From contig JBHLON010000017.1 in assembly GCA_048940445.1 (NCBI GenBank), positions 1,574-65,573 of the forward strand: a DNA stretch of 64,000 nt, read 5' to 3'. Source of the DNA: Promethearchaeota archaeon (GTDB lineage Archaea; Asgardarchaeota; Lokiarchaeia; Sigyniarchaeales; SOKP01). The translations under genes were made by a program, and so were the position numbers. Positions within the stretch are counted from its first letter, which is position 1. Every line of letters starts with the position of its first letter. Under the pieces are notes generated by a model. The model was not told the origin of the DNA. It was given only the letters and a program-made list of their open reading frames with translations, and ran no database searches. Shown in pieces: positions 56,925 to 64,000 of the stretch.

Positions 56925-57668
56925 ATGGAAGAATTCCGTAAAGCATTATTAAAGGATGATTTAGATTTATATGAAGCTAAAAAGTTACAAATAAAATATA
57001 AATCTATCTTTAAAAATTTAGAGTCTAAAGAGGAAATCTCCTTAAGTAATATAATCAATATTGCTGCGGTTGATATATCTTATCTTAAAAAGGAAAATGA
57101 AGAACACGGTATATCATGCGCTGTTCTATGGAATATTAAGAATAAAAGGGTCAATAGTAGTGTGTTTTGTGAGGATCAGATCAGATTTCCATATCGACCA
57201 GGGTTTCTAGGATTTAGGGAATGTCATTTATTGGCAGAAGCAATTAATAAACTTGTAGAAAAGCCCGATGTGATCATGTGCGATGGACATGGAATTATTC
57301 ATCCTAAAAGATTTGGAGAAGCCGTTCAACTAGGTTTTGCACTAAATGTTCCTTCAATTGGTATAGCTAAAAATCCATTTATAGGATTTTATAAATGGAA
57401 ATCATTAGAAAAAAAAAGAGGAAATAAACAACCTATCTTAACTTCTAAACCAAAATTTATAAATATTAAAAAACCAGAATTACTAGGCTATGCAGTGTGT
57501 TTAAATGACAATATGAGGCCAGTTTTTATTAGTGAGGGTTATGGAGTAAATTTAGACTTAGCGATTGAACTTGCGTTACAAACAACTTTAAATCATAGAC
57601 AACCTGAACCGCTTTATTTAGCAGATCAGTTGTCAAAAAGGAAAGCGAGAGAAATCTTTAAAACGTGA
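56925..57668 (+). CDS. nfi: endonuclease V
   Basis: 'AAVDISY', 'GFLGFRE', 'VIMCDGHGIIHPKRFGEAVQLG' and 'PSIGIAK' are conserved EndoV motifs. Confidence 0.9.
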   Translation: MEEFRKALLKDDLDLYEAKKLQIKYKSIFKNLESKEEISLSNIINIAAVDISYLKKENEEHGISCAVLWNIKNKRVNSSVFCEDQIRFPYRPGFLGFRECHLLAEAINKLVEKPDVIMCDGHGIIHPKRFGEAVQLGFALNVPSIGIAKNPFIGFYKWKSLEKKRGNKQPILTSKPKFINIKKPELLGYAVCLNDNMRPVFISEGYGVNLDLAIELALQTTLNHRQPEPLYLADQLSKRKAREIFKT

Positions 57669-57749
57669 ATTTTTTTTCGTGAAAGCCTTGTTTCACGAAT
57701 TTTTTAGTTTTATTCTTTGATATTCAATCTCTTTTTACACCTTTTTATT

Positions 57750-57955
57750 CTATTGATTGATTACTAAACAAAAAGAAGTTCTCAGAAGAAGAATGGGGGA
57801 AGTCTCAATCAATTGCGTTAAAAAAGTCACACTTTCAAGATACCGTACCAGTTATGGAGATAAGTGATTATATAGGGACTCATGTAAAAGGAGAAATCGA
57901 ATATTTTAAATACAATTTAAAGAAGAAAATCTATTATTTAATAGAATTATTGTAA
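57750..57955 (+). pseudogene. decayed copy of the 3' half of the 60095-60496 gene
   Basis: Nucleotide similarity to 60268-60480 (for example 'AAAAGGAGAAATCGAA' and 'TTAAAGAAGAAAATCTATT'). The frame is broken by stops. Confidence 0.55.
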
Positions 57956-57974
57956 TAATTAAATAAAAAATGAA

Positions 57975-59087
57975 TTAAGATGTTAATCTTCTTTTAATAG
58001 TGATACTAATCATAATTAATGAAATACTAATTAGTAAAAGAATACTATAACCCGGAATTTCTGGAACTTCTTCTGGAAGAATACCTATGCTGAATTGTCT
58101 TAAATTTGAGGCATATATCGTTCCAAAAGCATCGATTCCAAATACCTGAATGTTATGATGTCCTTTATTAGGCATTACGATAGTTGTATTTCCTAAAATT
58201 GTCTTATTGATTGATCCATCTAAGGAATAACCTAACCAATCAGGAGTAAAGATTGTATTAAAGCTCAATAATAATCCCTCATCGAAGTTATCTCCGACTT
58301 TATAACCCACATCCCATGAGTAAGCAATGGCATCAATATATAAAGTTTGTAATCCTGGATTTCCACCCATAAACTGAATTCTATCTACGCTTAGTTTGTT
58401 ATTCCAAAAACCAAATTCTCCATATTCGGTATGATTTATCCATACTTTGAACTTATATTGATCTAATCCTCTATAACGTCCTGCTGTGCATTCGAATGCA
58501 ATTTCTATATGATACCACCTATTATTTTCACAAATAGTTATATCATGCCACACTCCATCGTAACATCTGAATTTTCCGTTTGATATTAAAAAATCAACCG
58601 CGACATTAGAATCAATAATATTTCCGGAGTATAGTCTAAGTCCTTGAAAACCAGTTGCATTTGTTGTTCTTACCCAAAATTCATAAGTTCCATTAGTTTG
58701 AGTAACCTCAAAAGTATTGTAGAAATAAGGAAAATCACTAGAACTAGTATCATTAATCGCTACAACCTTATTATGACCATCAATATGATCTAAGACATTA
58801 ACTTCGCCTCCTATTTCCTCTACAATGCAATTTAATGGATTAGCTCCTTCTAAATCACATTCAAAACCTAATGTTGCGGGATAATATCCACTCATAGGAG
58901 ATATATAGGCTTTATTTTCTGGAGTGATTATCACAATCTCATTAGCATTTAAATTTGGTATATTATATCCATTTGAATAGATTTTTGACTTTTCAAACGA
59001 ATAAGCGTACGTGCTTAAAGAAATAACATTAAATATAGAAACTACTAATAAAAATAAGATTAACAAAGAATAATTCTTATCTTGCAA
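57975..59087 (-). CDS. cell-surface protein, one LamG/jelly-roll-like + Ig-like module, C-terminal 'IPGY' anchor
   Basis: 370 aa. Signal/anchor at the N-terminus. Diverged paralog of one repeat unit of 60491-63904 ('YYPATLGFECD', 'RWYHIEIAFEC', 'WLGYSLDGS'). Ends 'EIPGYSILLLISISLIMISITIKRRLTS'. Confidence 0.65.
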   Translation of the reverse strand: MQDKNYSLLILFLLVVSIFNVISLSTYAYSFEKSKIYSNGYNIPNLNANEIVIITPENKAYISPMSGYYPATLGFECDLEGANPLNCIVEEIGGEVNVLDHIDGHNKVVAINDTSSSDFPYFYNTFEVTQTNGTYEFWVRTTNATGFQGLRLYSGNIIDSNVAVDFLISNGKFRCYDGVWHDITICENNRWYHIEIAFECTAGRYRGLDQYKFKVWINHTEYGEFGFWNNKLSVDRIQFMGGNPGLQTLYIDAIAYSWDVGYKVGDNFDEGLLLSFNTIFTPDWLGYSLDGSINKTILGNTTIVMPNKGHHNIQVFGIDAFGTIYASNLRQFSIGILPEEVPEIPGYSILLLISISLIMISITIKRRLTS

Positions 59088-59255
59088 ATTCCAACACCTT
59101 AATATTTTTGTCAGAATGTTTAATTAAATTAAAATTAATTTAACATACTAATAAATATTTCTGTTGAGGCTTATATTAGTATAATAAAAGATCGATAGAA
59201 GTATATTGAACAACTAAAAGTACTTACTTAAAACCTTAAATTACTTTTCTGTTAA

Positions 59256-60056
59256 TTATTTAAGATTTAACCTCACTCTGCATAATTCTAATGCATTTGG
59301 ATTATTATCTGTTCCTATCCAATTCCGATTAAACTTATTAGCAACAACTAAAGTAGTACCCGTACCGCAAAAGAAATCAGCAACTAAATCTCCTTCATTA
59401 GATGATGCTAATATTATTCTTTCGAGCAGTTTTTCAGGTTTTTGGGTAGGGTACCCTAAGTATTCTTTTGATCTCGTAGTAGTTTGAAATGAATAGATAT
59501 CATTCCATACGTCTCCTACAAAATTTCCTGGATGTTCATCAAGATATTGTTTTCCACCTCTTCTCTTTCGAAATAATCGACCATCATTGTCAGAATACCT
59601 AAACATCTTTTTGATATATTCTTTATTGTAAGGTTTATATTGTTTATTGAAAGTAAAATTATTTGATTTTGTATAATAAAGAATTGTATCATGCTGGCGG
59701 ACCCATCCCCTTACTTGGCTTTTAAAGCCAGATACACTACCTACATTCCAAATAATTTCACGTCTAAAGTTTTCTCGCCCAAAAATTTCATCGCATAAAG
59801 GTTTTAAATCAAAAACTGCACTTGGATCACAATGCAGGTAAAAACTTCCAGTAATTTTTAAGACTCGAAGCATTTCACTTATTCTTATTTCCATAAAATC
59901 TAAATAATCGTCTAGTGATTCCCATTTATCCGAAAATTCTTCATAATCAACACCACTATAAAAAGGAGGATCAATGTAAATTAAATCAATAAATTCCGAA
60001 TCTAATTTTCTTAGAAATTCTAAATTATCTACTAAATATACAGAGTTTATTATCAT
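59256..60056 (-). CDS. beta-class DNA (adenine-N6 / cytosine-N4) methyltransferase, probably N6A
   Basis: Motif IV 'IYIDPPFYSG' precedes motif I 'DFFCGTGTT'. 'YPTQKPEKLLERII' is typical of the PF01555-type family. Confidence 0.85.
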   Translation of the reverse strand: MIINSVYLVDNLEFLRKLDSEFIDLIYIDPPFYSGVDYEEFSDKWESLDDYLDFMEIRISEMLRVLKITGSFYLHCDPSAVFDLKPLCDEIFGRENFRREIIWNVGSVSGFKSQVRGWVRQHDTILYYTKSNNFTFNKQYKPYNKEYIKKMFRYSDNDGRLFRKRRGGKQYLDEHPGNFVGDVWNDIYSFQTTTRSKEYLGYPTQKPEKLLERIILASSNEGDLVADFFCGTGTTLVVANKFNRNWIGTDNNPNALELCRVRLNLK

Positions 60057-60094
60057 CGTAAGCTTAAATAACAGTAAATTTTATTTATTTTATT

Positions 60095-60496
60095 ATGAGA
60101 AAGGAACGGTTAAATAAGAAGTTCTTGACTGAATTCCAACAATCGAATTTTTCTCGTATTAAGGAAGAAAAAATCTATTTAGTAGGTTCTGCCCGTTTTA
60201 AACATTATTTTCTAGAAATCAAATCAATATTACAAATAAATTATAATAAACTCGTTACCATTTGTTCATTTGACTGGTTATTAAATAAAAAGAAATTTTC
60301 AAAAGAAGAATGGGAAAAATTACAATTAATTGCATTAAAAAAATTGCATTATCAAGATGCTGTATTAGTTTTGGACATAAATGGTTATTTTGGGGGTCAT
60401 ACAAAAGGAGAAATCGAACACTTTAACAATAACTTAAAGAAGAAAATCTATTTTTTATCTGAGTTATTGAAAAAATTAAAAAAAATTGAATTATGA
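60095..60496 (+). CDS. small protein with DUF4406 / nucleoside 2-deoxyribosyltransferase-like pattern (hypothetical)
   Basis: 133 aa. 'KIYLVGSARF' ... 'QDAVLVLDINGYFGGHTKGEIEHF' mirrors the 'KIYIxGP ... CDAVxxLpGWexSxGaxxE' pattern. Divergent from the MTase with a 38-bp spacer. Confidence 0.4.
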   Translation: MRKERLNKKFLTEFQQSNFSRIKEEKIYLVGSARFKHYFLEIKSILQINYNKLVTICSFDWLLNKKKFSKEEWEKLQLIALKKLHYQDAVLVLDINGYFGGHTKGEIEHFNNNLKKKIYFLSELLKKLKKIEL

Positions 60497-63400
60497 TTTT
60501 ATTGTTCTTTTAATAACGATTCCAATCAATAGTAATGAAACACCAATCAATAAAAGGACGTTATAACCTGGTATTCCTGGAGGCACTTCTGGAGCATTCT
60601 TTATCACTTCTACCTCTCGGTACTGAATATTTCCAGCGTGATCACTTGCATAAAATCTAATAGTTATTGCTCCATATGGGGCATTATTCCATACAGCAGA
60701 ATCAATAGAACCAATCAATTGAGATATTGTGATGTTGATAAACCCATCATCTAATGTATACCAAATTTGATCTAGATTAGATTCAACCACTGTTATATTA
60801 TATGATGGAGGTAAACCTGTAAACTGCTGTCCGGCTATTGGAGAATTTATCATAACAACAGGTGAGATTGTGTCCTTCATTATAGTGACCTCATCAAAAT
60901 CTTCCTGATCAACTATATCTCTGGCATAGAATCTAATAGTAACAGGACCATCTGGCAATGAATTCCATGCTGTAAAGTTAATTGTTCCAGTAGTTTCTAT
61001 AAATTGAATGTCAGTTCCTCCATTTAATGTATACCATGATGATACTAAATTTGTCGCTGTAATTGAAAGGATAAAAGAAGGAGGATCACTGAAGTATTGA
61101 CCTGCAGTAGGCGAGACTATTGAGACTTGTGGCGGAAGAATACCAATAGTAAAGTATCTTATATCTGAAGTATACATTGTCCCCAAAGTATTGTTTCCGA
61201 ATATCTGAATATTGTGATAGCCATTATTAGGCATTGAGATTGTTGAATTACCCATTATTGTCTTATATGCGGATCCATCTAAAGAATAACCAATCCAATC
61301 CAAAGTAATATGCTTCTCAAAATTGAGCAATAATCCCTCATTAAGATTGATTCCGATACTATAATATGGATCCCAGGAATATCCAAATGCATCATAATAG
61401 GCTAAGCTGGTATTTTCAAGATCATTAGATGCAAGTCTGATTTCTCCGATTGCTGTGGCTACAAGTCTGAAATTATAAGGGCCATATTTAACATCATTAA
61501 TCCAAATAAAAAAGGTGTCTGCAGATAATCCCATATACCCTCCACCTCCACATTCAAAGTCGATCCTTACATGATACCACGTATTATCTAACGCAGGACA
61601 GATGTTTGCAAATTGATAACTTGGCTGACGGTATTGAAAATGATCCTCACCAATTCTAACAAAAATTCTAGCTTCGGAACCTTGATAAAGATTAAGCGCA
61701 CTTACTAATGATGCATCTGGAGTGTAGATCCAATATTCTATGGAGCCAGCTTGTTGATTTGAACCAAATTGATTGAAAAAATCATATCGTCCACTTAAAT
61801 TCGTGTCAGTTAGTTGCAAAATTTGTTTGTGATTATCAATCTCATCAAAAATTTCAGCTGTACATCCTGAAGAACTATTAGAAGAATCTATAAATGCAAT
61901 ATTTTGATCAGTCGTTCCAATTTCGTCATTTTCAAACCCATATGTTGCGGGATAATATCCATTCATGGGGGATGTATATGTTGTATTTGCTGGAGTTATA
62001 ATATTAATATATTGAATATTAATAGTAAAGTATCTTATATCTGAAGTATACATTGTCCCCAAAGTATCATTTCCAAATATTTGAATATTGTGATAGCCAT
62101 TATTAGGCATTGAGATTGTTGAATTACCCATTATTGTCTTATATGCGGATCCATCTAAAGAATAACCAATCCAATCCAAAGTAATATGCTTCTCAAAATT
62201 GAGCAATAATCCCTCATTAAGATTGATTCCGATACTATAATATGGATCCCAGGAATATCCAAATGCATCATAATAGGCTAAGCTGGTATTTTCAAGATCA
62301 TTAGATGCAAGTCTGATTTCTCCGATTGCTGTGGCTACAAGTCTGAAATTATAAGGGCCATATTTAACATCATTAATCCAAATAAAAAAGGTGTCTGCAG
62401 ATAATCCCATATACCCTCCACCTCCACATTCAAAGTCGATCCTTACATGATACCACGTATTATCTAACGCAGGACAGATGTTTGCAAATTGATAACTTGG
62501 CTGACGGTATTGAAAATGATCCTCACCAATTCTAACAAAAATTCTAGCTTCGGAACCTTGATAAAGATTAAGCGCACTTACTAATGATGCATCTGGAGTG
62601 TAGATCCAATATTCTATGGAGCCAGCTTGTTGATTTGAACCAAATTGATTGAAAAAATCATATCGTCCACTTAAATTCGTGTCAGTTAGTTGCAAAATTT
62701 GTTTGTGATTATCAATCTCATCAAAAATTTCAGCTGTACATCCTGAAGAACTATTAGAAGAATCTATAAATGCAATATTTTGATCAGTCGTTCCAATTTC
62801 GTCATTTTCAAACCCATATGTTGCGGGATAATATCCACTCATGAGAGAGGTATAGGTTGTATTTGCTGGAGTTATAATATTAATATATTGAATATTAATA
62901 GTAAAATGTCTTATGTCTGAAGCAAATGTTGTTCCTAAAGTATCATTTCCAATTATCTGAATGTTATGATGGCCATTATTAGGCATTGAGAGCGTTGAAT
63001 TACCCAATATTGTCCTATTCGCGGATCCATCTAAAGAATAGCCAATCCAATCTAGTGAGGTATTGTTTTCAAAACTGAGCAATAATCCCACATTAAGATT
63101 CTCTCCGATGCTATAATATGGATCCCATGAATATCCAATTGCATCATAATAAGCTAAGCTAGTATCTTGAAATTCATTTGACGCAAGTCTGAGTTCCTCG
63201 ATTGCTGTGGCTGTAAGCCTGAAATTATAAGGACCATATTTAACATCATTAATCCAAATAAAAAAGGTGTCTGCAGATAATCCCATATACCCTCCACTAC
63301 TACATTCAAAGTCGATCCTTACATGATACCACGTATTATCTAACGCAGGACAGATGTTTGCAAATTGATAACTTGGCTGACGGTATTGAAAATGATCCTC

Positions 63401-63904
63401 ACCAATTCTAACAAAAATTCTAGCTTCGGAACCTTGATAAAGATTAAGCGCACTTACTAATGATGCATCTGGAGTGTAGATCCAATATTCTATGGAGCCA
63501 GCTTGTTGATTTGAACCAAATTGATTGAAAAAATCATATCGTCCACTTAAATTCGTGTCAGTTAGTTGCAAAATTTGTTTGTGATTATCAATCTCATCAA
63601 AAATTTCAGCTGTACATCCTGAAGAACTATTAGAAGAATCTATAAATGCAATATTTTGATCAGTCGTTCCAATTTCGTCATTTTCAAACCCATATGTTGC
63701 GGGAAAATATCCACTCATGGAAGATGTATATGTGACATTATCAGGAGAAATTATAATAATTTCATTAGCATTTGATTTTGGGAATTTGTATTTATTATTT
63801 TGAACTATTTTAGTTGAGCAGAGAAATCGAGTCGAATAGAAACCCGCAAATAGAGCTAGAAACAAAAGAAGAATTAAAATTCGGGAAGTATTAATCTTTT
63901 TCAA
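60491..63904 (-). CDS. giant cell-surface protein: 3 x (LamG/jelly-roll-like + Ig-like) modules + 2 Ig-like domains + 'IPGY' C-terminal anchor
   Basis: 1137 aa. N-terminal signal/anchor. Three ~292-aa repeats. Two ~90-aa related domains ('WYTLNGG...IRFYARD' / 'WYTLDDG...IRFYASD'). Ends 'GIPGYNVLLLIGVSLLLIGIVIKRTIKS'. Many N-x-S/T sequons. Confidence 0.7.
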   Translation of the reverse strand: MKKINTSRILILLLFLALFAGFYSTRFLCSTKIVQNNKYKFPKSNANEIIIISPDNVTYTSSMSGYFPATYGFENDEIGTTDQNIAFIDSSNSSSGCTAEIFDEIDNHKQILQLTDTNLSGRYDFFNQFGSNQQAGSIEYWIYTPDASLVSALNLYQGSEARIFVRIGEDHFQYRQPSYQFANICPALDNTWYHVRIDFECSSGGYMGLSADTFFIWINDVKYGPYNFRLTATAIEELRLASNEFQDTSLAYYDAIGYSWDPYYSIGENLNVGLLLSFENNTSLDWIGYSLDGSANRTILGNSTLSMPNNGHHNIQIIGNDTLGTTFASDIRHFTINIQYINIITPANTTYTSLMSGYYPATYGFENDEIGTTDQNIAFIDSSNSSSGCTAEIFDEIDNHKQILQLTDTNLSGRYDFFNQFGSNQQAGSIEYWIYTPDASLVSALNLYQGSEARIFVRIGEDHFQYRQPSYQFANICPALDNTWYHVRIDFECGGGGYMGLSADTFFIWINDVKYGPYNFRLVATAIGEIRLASNDLENTSLAYYDAFGYSWDPYYSIGINLNEGLLLNFEKHITLDWIGYSLDGSAYKTIMGNSTISMPNNGYHNIQIFGNDTLGTMYTSDIRYFTINIQYINIITPANTTYTSPMNGYYPATYGFENDEIGTTDQNIAFIDSSNSSSGCTAEIFDEIDNHKQILQLTDTNLSGRYDFFNQFGSNQQAGSIEYWIYTPDASLVSALNLYQGSEARIFVRIGEDHFQYRQPSYQFANICPALDNTWYHVRIDFECGGGGYMGLSADTFFIWINDVKYGPYNFRLVATAIGEIRLASNDLENTSLAYYDAFGYSWDPYYSIGINLNEGLLLNFEKHITLDWIGYSLDGSAYKTIMGNSTISMPNNGYHNIQIFGNNTLGTMYTSDIRYFTIGILPPQVSIVSPTAGQYFSDPPSFILSITATNLVSSWYTLNGGTDIQFIETTGTINFTAWNSLPDGPVTIRFYARDIVDQEDFDEVTIMKDTISPVVMINSPIAGQQFTGLPPSYNITVVESNLDQIWYTLDDGFINITISQLIGSIDSAVWNNAPYGAITIRFYASDHAGNIQYREVEVIKNAPEVPPGIPGYNVLLLIGVSLLLIGIVIKRTIKS
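61146..63773. repeat. 3 x 876-bp in-frame tandem repeat inside the surface-protein gene
   Basis: Landmarks recur at exactly 876-bp spacing (CTGAAG at 61165/62041/62917; TTTCGTCA at 61921/62797/63673). The two lower-coordinate copies differ at only a handful of positions by eye. Confidence 0.85.
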
Positions 63905-64000
63905 ATTAATTGACCTTAATTATTTTGTCTAAATTTAGGTATATCATATTTAGTTAATTAAATTAATAAATGTTTCCTTGTGTGTCCAAATTTATAGATT

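Noticed and set aside
61146-63773. CRISPR array or mobile-element repeat as the explanation for the long tandem repeats.
   Set aside because: The repeats are 876 bp, contiguous with no spacers, in frame, and encode protein domains of one long ORF. No cas genes, transposase or terminal inverted repeats are present.

Overview
This is an AT-rich, gene-dense archaeal chromosome segment with about 60 credible CDS and 2 tRNAs. I found no rRNA, CRISPR array, transposase or integrase. The gene content points to an Asgard (Lokiarchaeia-like) archaeon. Evidence for that: an archaeal histone, a 20S proteasome beta subunit, a NOG1-type GTPase and intron-containing tRNAs sit alongside 'eukaryotic signature'-type proteins. 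These include a two-domain gelsolin, a longin-like protein, a C4HC3 RING/PHD-type finger on a long coiled coil, a dual-specificity phosphatase, an EMC3/DUF106-type insertase, an MIT-like protein and a HEAT-repeat protein with a PCI-like winged helix. Housekeeping and metabolic genes include a GlpA-like/NOX/DUF1667 trio, asd, a class I/II aminotransferase, type II pantothenate kinase, MaoC hot-dog dehydratases, endonuclease V, CinA, MFS and LysE transporters, and a corrinoid protein/RACo/DUF2284/acyl-CoA ligase cassette. The strongest observations are: (1) selD is interrupted by an in-frame UGA at the Sec/Cys active-site position, and a 3'-UTR hairpin right after the stop has a eukaryote-like SECIS layout (AUGA...AA...GA). 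(2) A tRNA-Trp(CCA) carries two introns. (3) The proteasome beta paralog lacks the Thr1 nucleophile. (4) The 5.9-kb corrinoid cassette is bracketed by a ~115-bp direct duplication of a neighbouring gene's promoter and 5' end, and has twin palindromic operator-like sites. (5) The 3' end of the window is a duplicated surface-protein locus with a 3 x 876-bp near-identical tandem repeat, an orphan beta-class DNA methyltransferase, an NDT/DUF4406-like gene plus its decayed copy, and a recurring 'IPGY + TM + basic tail' C-terminal signal. All functional calls come from motif recognition by eye and need database or structure searches to confirm.
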